Shown in pieces: positions 41,770 to 53,079 of a stretch of 64,000 nucleotides of DNA. This DNA is from Nitrospirales bacterium (GTDB taxonomy: Bacteria > Nitrospirota > Nitrospiria > Nitrospirales > UBA8639), in assembly GCA_963422365.1 (NCBI GenBank), contig OY729426.1, positions 64,001-128,000 of the forward strand, read 5' to 3'. The notes under the pieces are model-generated. The model had not been told where the DNA came from, did no database searches, and saw only the letters and a program-made list of their open reading frames with translations. Position 1 is the stretch's first letter. Every line of letters starts with the position of its first letter. The translations under genes were made by a program, and so were the position numbers.

Positions 41770-42042
41770 ATGATGGACGGATTACGATTCGAACGTCGCA
41801 GTGAAGGAGATTATTATAATGTCATTCTTCACATCGGGAGCACGTATGTGCCGATCAGTGATGAGGACGTGAAAGAATTAAAAAAGAAAAGCAGGCTCTT
41901 AGGCGTTCAATTTCTGGAGTTTTTCTTGGACCGGATCGGGTATTCCTCTTACCTCAAAGCCCAAATCAAAACGGAATTACTAAAAATCGGCGATTCCTCC
42001 CAGCAGCTTTCTATGCTCCGGCAGTCGATACAAGAACTCTGA
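41770..42042 (+). CDS. Hypothetical protein
   Basis: 90-aa ORF in a gap, with TTGTCA-N18-TACAAT upstream. Confidence 0.65.
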   Translation: MMDGLRFERRSEGDYYNVILHIGSTYVPISDEDVKELKKKSRLLGVQFLEFFLDRIGYSSYLKAQIKTELLKIGDSSQQLSMLRQSIQEL

Positions 42043-42112
42043 ATTTCGTTGTGAACGCGTTACGATCTTTTTTATCGTACCGGATCACGCGTTACGCTTC
42101 GCGCCTCTTCCC

Positions 42113-43138
42113 TTAATCATGATACCCACCCACAATCTTATCAATAAAATTTAAGATTGAGGTTTTCTTCGTGATATCCTTCTCCAGCAGCAGCGCCTGT
42201 TGGTAATGATCTCCTGCAATCTCGGGTTTGCGTTTGAGATCATAGACTCGCCCCACACCAAATGTGGCCCTCGCATCATTGGGATTGGCTTTGAGCGCAA
42301 CATTAAAACTATCGAGAGCTGAATCAACCTGCCCCTTTTCCAATAAAATCCACCCCACTTCTGTCGCGGCTGGTCCGAAGTCCGGCATGATTCGCAGGGC
42401 TTCTTGATATTCCCGCAGGGCGAGGTCGCGTCGACCTTTTTGTTCATAGATCCCCGCCAACGCATAATGCACCTCAACGTCCTCGGGATTGAGCTTCATC
42501 GCGGTTTTATATTCACGAACCGCCGCGTCAATCTTCCCCTGTTCGGCAAGGGCACAGGCTAAATTCACGTATCCCAACGCATCATCGGGTGCGAGCTTGA
42601 TCAGCTCTCGATACTGGGGAATGGCCATTTCCAACTGACCGTGTTCTTGATACGCCACACCCAGGTTTAATCGAGCGGCTAAATAGGTCGGATCTAATTT
42701 GACGGCTTGGCGATACGCCTTGATGGCCTTATCCGTTTGTGCCATCCGTTGATAAATCTGAGCCAGAAAAAAATGAGGAAAGGGAGAGTCGGGGGCCAGG
42801 TGTCTCGCCGTTTGGTAACTCTTGATCGACTGCTCCGATTGGCCGGACTGCGCCAAAAACAGGCCATAGAGTAAATGAACGTATCCCTCCTCCGGATACG
42901 TCGCGTTGAGGCGATCAACCCATTCGCGGACATTCGCAATATCCGCCTCGTCCTGTAACGACCTCGCGTGCATCTGCCACGCCAAAGCAAATTCGCCTTT
43001 CAACAGATACATGGCATTCAAGGCAAACAACGCCCTAGGCCCGGCCGTCGCACTCTGCGTCCAGTGAGTCGCGGCGTCGATGACCGCATCCCAATCCCCT
43101 CTGAGCATGGCTTGTTCGATCGTCTGTTCTTCACTCAT
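42113..43138 (-). CDS. TPR-repeat protein
   Basis: Several TPRs (NLGVAYQEHG, NLACALAEQG, ALAGIYEQKG). Confidence 0.85.
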   Translation of the reverse strand: MSEEQTIEQAMLRGDWDAVIDAATHWTQSATAGPRALFALNAMYLLKGEFALAWQMHARSLQDEADIANVREWVDRLNATYPEEGYVHLLYGLFLAQSGQSEQSIKSYQTARHLAPDSPFPHFFLAQIYQRMAQTDKAIKAYRQAVKLDPTYLAARLNLGVAYQEHGQLEMAIPQYRELIKLAPDDALGYVNLACALAEQGKIDAAVREYKTAMKLNPEDVEVHYALAGIYEQKGRRDLALREYQEALRIMPDFGPAATEVGWILLEKGQVDSALDSFNVALKANPNDARATFGVGRVYDLKRKPEIAGDHYQQALLLEKDITKKTSILNFIDKIVGGYHD

Positions 43139-43204
43139 TTGACCACATTCATCTCTCGCAACCCCCAAAACCCCCAAAAAGGACTGAAGCGAGCGCCATT
43201 CGGC

Positions 43205-44698
43205 TCAGCGCGTCAGCGTATCCTCGACATCGGGTGGGGTGGCAGGAATCAATTCGCCTAAATGAGGATACTGATTCATGATTTGCTGTTTCATGGCCCA
43301 GGCCACCGCACGGTAGGACCAATGGCCTTTGACCCCTGACCGGAGTTGGCACATGTACTCCGCTTGGGCATAATCCATCTTAAAGACACACCGAACCTTG
43401 AAGCCAAAGGGAAGCACGTAAATCGAGGCCTCCTGATCCATGCCCCGCAACCGTTCGATATCCTGTTGAACCGCGTCCATGGCCATTTGATACTCTCGAT
43501 CCAGTTTCGCCTCATACAACGGATGAGGGATCTCATAGCCGTGGACGGTGGTAAAGTTTTGTTGGATTTGCTGGCACCGTCGATGCCGGTGCAGATCCCG
43601 CCATCCTCCAATATCCATCAACACGTCGAAGATTAAGGGATAGCCGCATCGACATTCCTTAATCAACTCGTCATAGGGACCTCGACGGCGAAAGGCCACT
43701 GCAAGGGTCTCCTGTTTTTCCTTCTCGGACCACTCCCGCACCAATTCCAAAATCCGGCGATACGGCGCATGACTGACGCGATACAACAAACTCGTGACCA
43801 ATTCATCCATCAACGAATGCGGCTCGATGAGATCAACCGGCACCACTTGATCGGTCCAAGCCGACGGCAGATCCAAACCCGCCTTGTGAAAAATTTTCTT
43901 GGCGTGCCTCGACAAATCACGATAGACCTCCGTTTGGTACTCATTGGCCTTGGCGTGACGGGCTAAGGTCGGCGCGAGCGGCTCCGCAGGTTTCCCTGTC
44001 TCACCGCCCAACGCTCCCCACACATTCGAAGGAGCTTTCGCACAGACATCTTGTAACTCCTGGCCAAGCGCCTGGAGTTCAGGAAGCTGCGTCGACAAGA
44101 ACCGGATGATTTGTTTTTCCAACGTCCGGATACTCACCACCTGTCCCACGTTCGTCGTGGTTGCCAAGGGCAACAAATACCGAGTGATATCGTAAACACG
44201 CGCAGCAAGGGTTCGACCATAATTCGCCTCGCTCATGGTCTCGGGCCTGGGAGATTGCCGTTGAAGATGTTCAAGAAGCCGATCATGAAACGTTCGATAG
44301 AGATTGAACAGACTACCGAGAATCCCGCGATAAAATGCCTCGGGTTCGGAATCCTTGATGGTTGACGGCACGTAACAGCCGGACACGGCAAAGTTTTGGT
44401 ACCGGCTGGACTTGGCCTGTCCATCCCACAGCGGTTCATCTTCCAGGCGAATGGCCGCTAATTCGGAAATGCCTTCCAGGCACACGGTCACGTGCCCAAG
44501 ATCGGCGATCGAAGCATGGCCATAGGCAAAATAGAACTGCTCCCAAAACTTTTCGGACGAGTGCCCATGTACCCACTGCAAACTGTCTTCGATGGAATCC
44601 TGAGAACGACTATATCGTGCAAGGGCATACGCCGCTTTCTCTGGCGGCATCGGAGCGAGGACGATCACTCGGCGTTTGTTTTTTTCCTCAACGGACAT
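43205..44698 (-). CDS. thyX: FAD-dependent thymidylate synthase, tandem-domain type
   Basis: ARYSRS, YGHASIAD, SSRY, RDLHRHRR; about twice the single-domain length. Confidence 0.85.
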   Translation of the reverse strand: MSVEEKNKRRVIVLAPMPPEKAAYALARYSRSQDSIEDSLQWVHGHSSEKFWEQFYFAYGHASIADLGHVTVCLEGISELAAIRLEDEPLWDGQAKSSRYQNFAVSGCYVPSTIKDSEPEAFYRGILGSLFNLYRTFHDRLLEHLQRQSPRPETMSEANYGRTLAARVYDITRYLLPLATTTNVGQVVSIRTLEKQIIRFLSTQLPELQALGQELQDVCAKAPSNVWGALGGETGKPAEPLAPTLARHAKANEYQTEVYRDLSRHAKKIFHKAGLDLPSAWTDQVVPVDLIEPHSLMDELVTSLLYRVSHAPYRRILELVREWSEKEKQETLAVAFRRRGPYDELIKECRCGYPLIFDVLMDIGGWRDLHRHRRCQQIQQNFTTVHGYEIPHPLYEAKLDREYQMAMDAVQQDIERLRGMDQEASIYVLPFGFKVRCVFKMDYAQAEYMCQLRSGVKGHWSYRAVAWAMKQQIMNQYPHLGELIPATPPDVEDTLTR

Positions 44699-44958
44699 GG
44701 AGCAAGTTTTTCTTCCGCTCTCCGACTTTATTCAACCTGCCGAAAGCGATTCACTATAGTCAGGCACATGCTCCAATCTCAAGTCGGCACGGTTTCCGTC
44801 TTGATAACGTTCTCAATAACGTGAAAAGAAAACCCTTGAAACAGGTTGCTCCGATGGCTAGACTCCCCTTTCCAATAAAAAGGATCCCACGGGACAACTC
44901 GAGACCGGGGTCGGGGCCGACACAGGAGCCGTTCCCGACAGAAGCGAAACACGCACGT

Positions 44959-46323
44959 ATGATCAAAAACGACCAACAACCCATCCATGGCCAATGGTCC
45001 TCTCGCTTAGCCTTTATCATGGCAGCTACGGGCGCTGCCGTCGGCCTCGGAAATATTTGGAAATTTCCCTATATTACAGGGGAAAACGGGGGTGGGGCCT
45101 TTGTCTTGGTCTATATCCTCTGTGTGGCTGCCTTGGGAATTCCACTGATGATGGCAGAGGTGATGCTCGGACGCCGCGGCAAACGAACGCCGGTCAATAC
45201 CATGCGAGTTCTGGCTGCGGAAACCAACGCCCGCCAAGGCTGGCAACTCATCGGGTGGTCCGGCACCTTGGCCGGCACACTGATTTTGTCTTATTACAGC
45301 GTCATCGGCGGATGGACCCTCGGGTATATTGTCCATGCAGCTACCGGTCGTTTCTCAGGTCTCAACGGAGATGGGAGCACGAGCCTCTTTGGAGACTTTG
45401 TGGGAAATCCCTTAGTTCAGGTGGGTTGGCATACGGTCTTCATGCTCATCACCATGTCCATCGTGGCCCGAGGAGTGCGGCATGGATTGGAAAAAGCCAT
45501 CACCTACCTTATGCCGGTCCTGGTTGTGCTGTTGTTCATTCTTTTGGGCTACGCCATGACCACCGGCTACTTCATGCAAGGGCTCGCCTTTTTATTCACG
45601 CCCGACTTCAGCCACTTTTCAGGCACCAGCATGCTCACGGCCCTGGGGCACGCGTTTTTCACGTTGAGCCTGGGAATGGGCACCATCATGATCTATGGGG
45701 CCTATGTTCCCGAAGACACTTCCATCGCCAGTACGTCCGTGGCCGTGGCCGTGGCCGACACGATGGTCGCCCTCATCGCGGGCATGGCGATTTTTCCTAT
45801 TGTTTTTGCCAATACCCTCACGCCCGGAGCCGGCCCGAGTCTCATTTTTGAAACCCTTCCCGTGGCCTTCGGCAACATGGCGGGCGGGACATTGTTCGGA
45901 ACACTCTTTTTTATCTTGCTCCTCGTGGCAGCCTGGACATCTTCCATTTCATTGATCGAACCGGCGGTCACCATGATGATCGAACATTTCAACATGACTC
46001 GTCACACGGCCGCCTTCTGGACCGGACTGGCCACGTGGCTATTGGGATTCGGCACGGCCTTTTCATTCAACATCTGGGCAGACGTCGAAGTTTTGGGGCT
46101 GACCTTTTTCGATCACCTCGATTTCCTCACCTCAAACCTCATGCTGCCAATAGGCGGAATCGGTATGGCCATCTTCACCGGTTGGGTGATGACCAAAAAA
46201 ATGAGCCGAGCTGAACTCGGCATGAAAAATGAAACAGGCTATTCCATTTGGCAGGTGTCGATTCGATTCATTGCCCCTCTCGCGGTTTCGATTGTCCTCC
46301 TTCACGCCATCGGCGTATTTTGA
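44959..46323 (+). CDS. Sodium-dependent transporter (NSS/SNF family)
   Basis: WSSRLAF..GAAVGLGNIWKFPY..GENGGGAF; FFTLSLG; start moved to 44959. Confidence 0.92.
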   Translation: MIKNDQQPIHGQWSSRLAFIMAATGAAVGLGNIWKFPYITGENGGGAFVLVYILCVAALGIPLMMAEVMLGRRGKRTPVNTMRVLAAETNARQGWQLIGWSGTLAGTLILSYYSVIGGWTLGYIVHAATGRFSGLNGDGSTSLFGDFVGNPLVQVGWHTVFMLITMSIVARGVRHGLEKAITYLMPVLVVLLFILLGYAMTTGYFMQGLAFLFTPDFSHFSGTSMLTALGHAFFTLSLGMGTIMIYGAYVPEDTSIASTSVAVAVADTMVALIAGMAIFPIVFANTLTPGAGPSLIFETLPVAFGNMAGGTLFGTLFFILLLVAAWTSSISLIEPAVTMMIEHFNMTRHTAAFWTGLATWLLGFGTAFSFNIWADVEVLGLTFFDHLDFLTSNLMLPIGGIGMAIFTGWVMTKKMSRAELGMKNETGYSIWQVSIRFIAPLAVSIVLLHAIGVF

Positions 46324-46376
46324 AAACCGGGCAACAAAACATTCCAGGGAAGAACCCCCTGATTGACTGTGATAGC

Positions 46377-46396
46377 GGGACGCCGTAAGGCGTCCC
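46377..46396. repeat. Perfect GC-rich hairpin (REP-like or terminator-like)
   Basis: GGGACGCC-GTAA-GGCGTCCC, no U-tract. Confidence 0.6.
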
Positions 46397-46686
46397 ATAG
46401 CGAAACGTATTAAGTACACGGCAGCCCCCCCCCATGCCCACTTGCCTCCTGAACACCAAGGGATGGAAATGGGGTATGGGTGGCGGAAGCAGTTGTAGAG
46501 CCACATCCAGAGTCAAAGCCCGGGACATGCCTTATGCGGTCAAGAATCGGTTCCATGAGTCTGTTCCAGACCCTGATTGGGGAATGGCGTCGCTACACCA
46601 AAGGAAGGAGGGCGGGCTCATTTTCCGGATTTCGATCCATTCTCTTCCCTTGCAACCATTGGTCGTTTCTCCTACCGTAGCGCATC

Positions 46687-48363
46687 ATGTCGAAAAAGCG
46701 TTTGTGGTTCTACTGCCTGCTCACGGGTACGGGGTATTCGCTTTCCGTTTCCAATTTATTGGAAGGTTTTCCCTGGGGCGTGTTCGCCTGGATTGCGTTA
46801 CTGCCCCTCCACCGGGTGCTGATCGGCGTCACAACGGGTCAAGCCTTTTTACGCGGATGGTTGACGGGATTTTTGGCGTTTACCGGCACGATGTATTGGG
46901 TCGTGATCGCGATGCATCTCTATGGTCAAGTCCCCCTCCCCATCAGCATCGTGCTCATGTTTACATTGGCGGGGTATCTGGGGCTGTACGTCGGGCTGTA
47001 TGCCTGGGGATTTATCTGGCTGGAACAACGATGGGCCACCGGCGCGTGGATCGTGGCACCCTGCTTGTGGGTCTCTCTGGAGTATGGACGCACCTACGCG
47101 TTGAGTGGACTCCCCTGGGGCCTGTTAGGTTACTCTCAATTTCAATGGCTGTCGATCATCCAGATCGCACACATCACCGGCGTCTACGGCGTGTCATTTC
47201 TCATTGTGGTGGTGAACGTCTCATTGTTTCTTCTGCTCCGTTGGGTTTGGGCAGAAAAACCGCAGAGATCCCCCCTCCTCCGGCCCTGGATTCCGCTCGC
47301 CTCATCCGTTGTGGCCATCCTCGTGGTCTGGCTCTATGGGCTGAGTCAACTGCATCTTCCTCGCTCGGAGAGCCTCACCATTGGGGTCGTTCAAGCCAAT
47401 ATCGATCAAGCGCATAAATGGGACGCAGCCTATCGCGTGGAAACGTTGGAACAATACCGCCGGCTCACAAAAACCGTCAGTCCCAAATCCGATCTGATTC
47501 TTTGGCCTGAAGCGGCCACGCCCTTTTTGTTCGAACGAAACGTAGGCTATCAATCGCTGGTGATGGAGATGATAAAGGACGCGCAGGTGCCACTGGTGTT
47601 TGGAAGTCCGGCCCTTCGGCCTCAAATCGACGGCACCCCGTCTCTGCTGAATAGCGCCTATGTTCTGACCCCCTCCAGGGGTATCACCGGGCGGTATGAC
47701 AAGCAACATCTCGTCCCCTTCGGTGAATATATTCCCCTGAAACAGGTTCTCTTTTTCCTGGACAAGTTGGTGGTCGGCATCGGCGATTTTCAGCCGGGAC
47801 CAGGCCCGACCCTGCTCTCCCTTCCACGTGGATCAGGACAACGACAGGTTCGGTTTGGTGTCGCTATTTGCTACGAGGTCATTTTTCCGGATCTTGTACG
47901 GCGACTCGCCAGCGAAGGCGCCAATTTTTTGGTCACGATCACCAATGACGCCTGGTTCAGGAAAACCGTCGCCCCGTATCAACATTTCGGGATGGTCGTC
48001 TTCCGCGCCGTTGAAAACCGTATGGCGGTTGCCCGCGCCGCCAATACCGGCATTTCCGGATTTATCGATCCGACCGGACGCATGATCACGGCCACGCCCA
48101 TTTTTACCGAACAGGCTATCACCGGATCGATTCCCCTGAGCGCGCCCTCGACGTTTTATACACGATTTGGCGATGTGTTTGCGTGGGCCTGTGTTATAAT
48201 AGCCTTGTGTTTGCTATCATTCGCTCGTTTTTTTCCCACAGACCACCCGCGGTTGACACCTGGTTTTCACCACGACGCAAAGGAGCCACGCATGCTTGAG
48301 GATATTCGAAACCGTTTGCAAGCCACCGGAGACCACATCAAAGAGTTACGGAGGCGTCTTTGA
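46687..48363 (+). CDS. lnt: Apolipoprotein N-acyltransferase; ORF ends at the prfB frameshift UGA
   Basis: [35 protein letters not shown]. Confidence 0.95.
   Translation: MSKKRLWFYCLLTGTGYSLSVSNLLEGFPWGVFAWIALLPLHRVLIGVTTGQAFLRGWLTGFLAFTGTMYWVVIAMHLYGQVPLPISIVLMFTLAGYLGLYVGLYAWGFIWLEQRWATGAWIVAPCLWVSLEYGRTYALSGLPWGLLGYSQFQWLSIIQIAHITGVYGVSFLIVVVNVSLFLLLRWVWAEKPQRSPLLRPWIPLASSVVAILVVWLYGLSQLHLPRSESLTIGVVQANIDQAHKWDAAYRVETLEQYRRLTKTVSPKSDLILWPEAATPFLFERNVGYQSLVMEMIKDAQVPLVFGSPALRPQIDGTPSLLNSAYVLTPSRGITGRYDKQHLVPFGEYIPLKQVLFFLDKLVVGIGDFQPGPGPTLLSLPRGSGQRQVRFGVAICYEVIFPDLVRRLASEGANFLVTITNDAWFRKTVAPYQHFGMVVFRAVENRMAVARAANTGISGFIDPTGRMITATPIFTEQAITGSIPLSAPSTFYTRFGDVFAWACVIIALCLLSFARFFPTDHPRLTPGFHHDAKEPRMLEDIRNRLQATGDHIKELRRRL
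48192..48200 (+). promoter_or_regulatory. Extended -10 promoter candidate for prfB inside lnt
   Basis: TG-T-TATAAT about 90 nt upstream of the prfB ATG. Confidence 0.5.
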
Positions 48364-49402
48364 CCTGCCTCGACTACGGAACGAACGAGAGGAACTCGAT
48401 CAAGAAAGCGCCCAACCTGATTTCTGGAAAAATTCGCAAATCGCGACCACGGTTGGACGGCGCAAAGCCACGATTGAACGAGACATCTCCCGCATCACCG
48501 ATTTTGAGCAAAGGCAGGCTGATCTAGAAGCCACGCTCGACCTCATCGGGGAAGAGGATGATGCCGAACTCGAAACCGAATTAACTCAGGGCATTCAAAC
48601 GCTGGAAACGCTTCTGGAGCACCTGCGCACAGAGCAGTTACTGGCCGGTGCGCATGATGTTCGATCCGCCATGCTGGGCATCACCCCCGGGGCCGGCGGA
48701 ACGGAATCGCAGGATTGGGCCCAAATGTTGATGCGGATGTTCGTACGCTGGGCTGAGAACAAGAAGTTCAAGGTCGGCACAATCGACATTCAACCCGGTG
48801 ATGAAGCCGGGATCAAAAGTGCCACGTTGAGTATCGAGGGCCCCTATGCCTATGGCTATTTGAAATCGGAAGCCGGGGTGCATCGTTTAGTGCGGATCTC
48901 TCCGTTTGATGCCAACAAACGTCGCCATACGTCGTTTGCCGCCGTTTCGGTGTATCCCGAACTGGATGACGAGGTTGAGGTCGAGATAGATGAAAAAGAT
49001 CTGAGGATCGATACGTTTCGTGCAGGCGGGGCCGGCGGCCAGAACGTCAACAAAGTCGAAACCGCCATTCGCATGACGCACCTTCCCACCGGAATCGTCG
49101 TGCAATGTCAGAACGAGCGCTCGCAGTTACAAAACCGCATGGGCGCCATGCGTGTCATGAAAGCGAAGTTGTTCGAGTTGGAACAACGGAAAAAGGAGTC
49201 CGAATTTCAAAACATCGTCGGCGAAAAAAAAGACATCGCCTGGGGCAGTCAAATTCGGTCGTATGTGTTCCAACCGTATCAAATGGTCAAAGACCACCGA
49301 ACGAATCAGGAATCCGGGAATATCGCGTCGGTCATGGATGGAGACCTCGATCCCTTCATTGAAGCCTATTTGAAACAGACCATAGCCGCCACGAGTTCAT
49401 AA
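48292..49402 (+). CDS. prfB: Peptide chain release factor 2, programmed +1 frameshift (48292..48360 joined to 48362..49402)
   Basis: AAGGAG RBS, ATG 48292; GGAGG-CGT-CTT-TGA-C frameshift cassette; SPF and GGQ motifs in the +1 frame. Confidence 0.96.
48350..48364 (+). promoter_or_regulatory. prfB programmed +1 frameshift site
   Basis: Internal SD GGAGG 3 nt before CTT TGA C, the canonical RF2 autoregulatory cassette. Confidence 0.93.
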
Positions 49403-49459
49403 CGACCCGGCGGGAGTCCATGGAACCGTTGGGTCTTCATTGCGATGTATTGGAATGAC

Positions 49460-50950
49460 ATGATGGATGAATCAAACGAACAACGCACGCAACGCATTCA
49501 AAAACTCGACGTGCTCAAAGCCATGGCGGTGCAGCCCTATGGCACCCGCTTTGAGACGACTCACCAGGTTGCACACCTCGTGGCGGCATATGGATCAAAC
49601 GCCAAAGACGAACTCGAGCAACAGCCAATCGACTGTCGTATCGCGGGACGCATCGTGGCGTTTCGCCGGTTCGGCAAAGCCGCGTTCGCCTCGCTTCAGG
49701 ACGGCGCGCATCGGCTCCAGGTATATTTGAAAAAGGACGTGCTCGGAGACGACGCCTTTCGCCTCTCCCAAGAATTGGATTTAGGCGATTGGATCGGGGT
49801 GGAAGGTCGGTTGTTCCGCACGAAAACCGATGAGTTGACCGTCGAAGTCCGCATGCTGACGTTTTTGTCGAAAGGACTTCGCCCCCTTCCTGAAAAGTGG
49901 CATGGCTTGACGGATATTGAAATCCGGTACCGGCAACGCTATGTGGACCTGATTGCCAACCCGAACGTCCACGCCATTTTTGAAACACGCAGCAGGATCA
50001 TCACGGGCATCCGCAACTATCTCACCGAGCAAGGGTTCCTCGAAGTGGAAACGCCGATGATGCACCTCATCCCCGGGGGGGCCACAGCCCGCCCATTCGT
50101 GACGCACCACAATTCTCTCAATACGAATCTCTATCTGCGTGTCGCGCCGGAGCTCTATCTCAAACGCTTGATCGTCGGTGGCTTTCGGCGCGTGTTTGAA
50201 ATCAATCGAAATTTTCGCAATGAAGGCATCTCGACCATCCATAATCCGGAATTCACCATGCTGGAGTTTTACCAAGCCTATGCCGACTACCGGGACCTCA
50301 TGGCGTTGACCGAAGATCTGTTCGGCACACTCGCGCGGGATATCCACGGCAGCCCCACGCTGGAGTACCAAGGGCACATGATCGACCTGACTCCCCCATG
50401 GCGCCGTCTTCCCTATTTCGAAGCCATCGTCGAGCACAATACATTCGACCGAACGGTTCTTGAAGATCAGGCGGCGGCAACAGCCGCGGCCCGACAACTC
50501 GGGTTGGAAATTCCCAAGGAGGCCTCACTGGTTGGAATCTTGAACATGATTTTTGAAGAAACCGTGGAACACCGGCTGACTCAACCCACGTTTATCACGG
50601 ACTACCCCACGGAGATCTCTCCGCTCTCGCGAAGGAAGGACACAGACCCGCACCTCACCGACCGGTTTGAATTGTTTATCGCCGGCCGTGAGCTGGCAAA
50701 TGGGTTTTCCGAGTTGAACGATCCGCTTGACCAACGCCAACGCTTTGCAATCCAAGCGTCTCAACGGGAAGCCGGCGACGATGAAGCGCATGATTTCGAT
50801 GAAGATTTCCTGCGCGCCTTGGAATATGGGATGCCTCCGACGGCGGGAGAAGGCATCGGCATTGATCGCCTGGTGATGGTGTTCACGAATCAAGCCTCGA
50901 TCCGCGACGTTATTCTCTTTCCTCAACTCCGACCGGAGAAACCGTTGTGA
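49460..50950 (+). CDS. lysS: Lysine--tRNA ligase (class II)
   Basis: [38 protein letters not shown]. Confidence 0.97.
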   Translation: MMDESNEQRTQRIQKLDVLKAMAVQPYGTRFETTHQVAHLVAAYGSNAKDELEQQPIDCRIAGRIVAFRRFGKAAFASLQDGAHRLQVYLKKDVLGDDAFRLSQELDLGDWIGVEGRLFRTKTDELTVEVRMLTFLSKGLRPLPEKWHGLTDIEIRYRQRYVDLIANPNVHAIFETRSRIITGIRNYLTEQGFLEVETPMMHLIPGGATARPFVTHHNSLNTNLYLRVAPELYLKRLIVGGFRRVFEINRNFRNEGISTIHNPEFTMLEFYQAYADYRDLMALTEDLFGTLARDIHGSPTLEYQGHMIDLTPPWRRLPYFEAIVEHNTFDRTVLEDQAAATAAARQLGLEIPKEASLVGILNMIFEETVEHRLTQPTFITDYPTEISPLSRRKDTDPHLTDRFELFIAGRELANGFSELNDPLDQRQRFAIQASQREAGDDEAHDFDEDFLRALEYGMPPTAGEGIGIDRLVMVFTNQASIRDVILFPQLRPEKPL

Positions 50951-52221
50951 CCCTGCCGTATGAAATTTTCGTGGGGCTTCGGTATCTCCGAGCCAAACGT
51001 CGAACCCGAACCATTTCTCTCAACACCGTCATTTCGATCACCGGCATCACGTTGGGCGTCGCCGCGCTCATCGGAACCCTCGGGATTATGACGGGGTTTA
51101 AGGAAGACATGCAGGCGAAGATTTTAGGAACAACCTCGCACGTCGTGATTCAGGCACAGGGGCAGCAACCCATGGCCGGGTATTCGGAACTGATTCAGCA
51201 AGTGGAAAAGGTGCCGGGAGTGGTCGCGGCCACCCCGTACATTTTCAAACAAGTGCTACTCACCTCGGAAACCGGGGTGCAAGGGGTGGTCCTGCGTGGC
51301 ATCGATCCGGATAAAGAACCCGAGGTCACGGAAATGACCAAGAACGTGACATTCGGCACCGTACAGGATTTAGCTGCCCCGCAGCCGCCCAAGCCGACCG
51401 AGGTCCCGACGGACGCCTCCACCAGGGCTGCCCAGAAACCCGGCATCATTTTAGGCAAAGAATTAGCCATGCGTCTCGGGGTATTCGTCGGCAATCGGAT
51501 CAACGTCGTGTCTCCCGTCGGCCCGATCAGCGCATTGGGAATGACTCCGAAAATTCGCCAATTTCACGTCATCGGATTATTTGAGTCCGGCATGTACGAA
51601 TATGACTCCTCGCTGGCCTACATTGCGCTGGATGAGGCTCAACGGTTTTTCAGTCTGGGCCAAACCGCAACGGGCATCGAAGTGAAAGTGGACGACGTGT
51701 TTACCGCCGACACCATTGCCGCACGGATTGAGGCAGGACTCGGGATCGGGTATAGGGCAAGAGACTGGATGGTCTTAAACCGGAATTTGTTTTCGGCCTT
51801 ACGTCTCGAAAAAACCATGATGTTTTTGTTGTTGGTCCTGATTACGCTGGTCGCGTCCTTTAATATCGTGGGCACACTCACCATGATCGTCAACGAAAAG
51901 CAACGAGAGATCGCCATTCTGAAAGCCATGGGCGCCACCCCTCAAGCCATCATGCGCATTTTCATGTTGAACGGCGTGGTCATCGGCTTAACCGGCACGG
52001 CGATCGGCATCCCCTTGGGGTACACCTTTCTCTACCTCATCGAAAATTATTGGACCTTCGATCAAACCGTGTATTACATCTCACACATTCCGGTCCACGT
52101 GAAGGCCCTGGACGTGTTCCTGGTTTCGTGTTCCGCTATGCTGATCAGCTTTGTCGCCACGCTGTATCCGTCGCGGCAGGCCGCCAAACTCGCACCGGTC
52201 AGCGCCCTTCGGTACGAGTAA
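50947..52221 (+). CDS. lolC: Lipoprotein-releasing ABC transporter permease (LolC/LolE)
   Basis: [33 protein letters not shown]. Confidence 0.9.
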   Translation: MTLPYEIFVGLRYLRAKRRTRTISLNTVISITGITLGVAALIGTLGIMTGFKEDMQAKILGTTSHVVIQAQGQQPMAGYSELIQQVEKVPGVVAATPYIFKQVLLTSETGVQGVVLRGIDPDKEPEVTEMTKNVTFGTVQDLAAPQPPKPTEVPTDASTRAAQKPGIILGKELAMRLGVFVGNRINVVSPVGPISALGMTPKIRQFHVIGLFESGMYEYDSSLAYIALDEAQRFFSLGQTATGIEVKVDDVFTADTIAARIEAGLGIGYRARDWMVLNRNLFSALRLEKTMMFLLLVLITLVASFNIVGTLTMIVNEKQREIAILKAMGATPQAIMRIFMLNGVVIGLTGTAIGIPLGYTFLYLIENYWTFDQTVYYISHIPVHVKALDVFLVSCSAMLISFVATLYPSRQAAKLAPVSALRYE

Positions 52222-52934
52222 TGCCCATGCGCACTTCTCCTGATTCAGCATCGCCGTTTCTTCAAGTAACCGACTTGTCCAAGTCGTTCCTCTTGGGAAA
52301 TCAAACCATCGATGTGCTCAAGGGCATTAATTTGGAAGTCTGTCGAGGAGAGATGCTCGCGATGGTCGGGGCTTCAGGAGCAGGGAAAAGCACCCTGCTC
52401 CATATTTTAGGCACCCTGGATCGACCAACGCGAGGAACGGTGTGCTATGAATCCCAAAATATTTTCCGTTTATCGGAACAGGAGCTTGCCCATTTTCGAA
52501 ACCGGCGCATCGGGTTTGTGTTCCAATTTCATCACCTCCTGCCAGAATTTACGGCGCTGGAAAACACCTCCCTCCCCAGCCTCATGCAAAAACGCCCGAC
52601 TGCGCAGTGCATCGAAGAAGCAAGCGCGCTCCTTTCGGAAGTCGGCTTAGGACATCGCTTGCATCACAAACCCGGCGAATTGTCCGGAGGCGAGCAACAA
52701 CGAGTGGCCGTGGCACGCGCGCTCATTCACAGCCCGGACTTGGTCCTGGCAGACGAACCAACAGGGAATCTGGACACGCACACCGGCGAAACCCTGTTCG
52801 CCCTGTTGCGAAAGTTAAACGAACAACGCCAGACCGCATTCGTGATCGTCACCCACAACGAACACCTCTCTCGCCAAGCAGATAGATCGATCCACGTGGT
52901 AGACGGACGGATCGTGAATGGGGGCGGCGAGTAA
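52221..52934 (+). CDS. lolD: Lipoprotein-releasing ABC transporter ATPase
   Basis: GASGAGKST, GFVFQFHHLL, LSGGEQQ, DEPTGNLD. Confidence 0.92.
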   Translation: MPMRTSPDSASPFLQVTDLSKSFLLGNQTIDVLKGINLEVCRGEMLAMVGASGAGKSTLLHILGTLDRPTRGTVCYESQNIFRLSEQELAHFRNRRIGFVFQFHHLLPEFTALENTSLPSLMQKRPTAQCIEEASALLSEVGLGHRLHHKPGELSGGEQQRVAVARALIHSPDLVLADEPTGNLDTHTGETLFALLRKLNEQRQTAFVIVTHNEHLSRQADRSIHVVDGRIVNGGGE

Positions 52935-52941
52935 AACGAGC

Positions 52942-53079
52942 AAGAATCTGCCGCTGGTCGGCAAGCTGCTTAGTCATGGGCGACACCAAACCACGGCGGG
53001 CTACGCTGACCTTGCCGACGGGCACCTCGTCGAGGCGGCGGAGAAGGTCGGCGCCGTCATTGCCAGTGTGGTGCGCTGA
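52942..53079 (+). pseudogene. Tyrosine recombinase/integrase C-terminal remnant
   Basis: KNLPLVGKLLSHGRHQTTAGYADLADGHLVEAAEKVG resembles integrase box II (LLGH...TT..Y); no start. Confidence 0.75.

Noticed and set aside
42053..42106. ACGCGTTACG twice between convergent genes
   Set aside because: Too short and only two copies; no function can be argued
44362..44958. Extended N-termini given for the NSS transporter (likewise treY, uppP, lolD, hisZ)
   Set aside because: They overlap neighbouring genes or promoters and lack family similarity; downstream starts fit better
48296..48361. ORF-track TTG start of prfB (MRIFETVC...)
   Set aside because: Artefact of the +1 frame; the real N-terminus is MLEDIR... 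from ATG 48292
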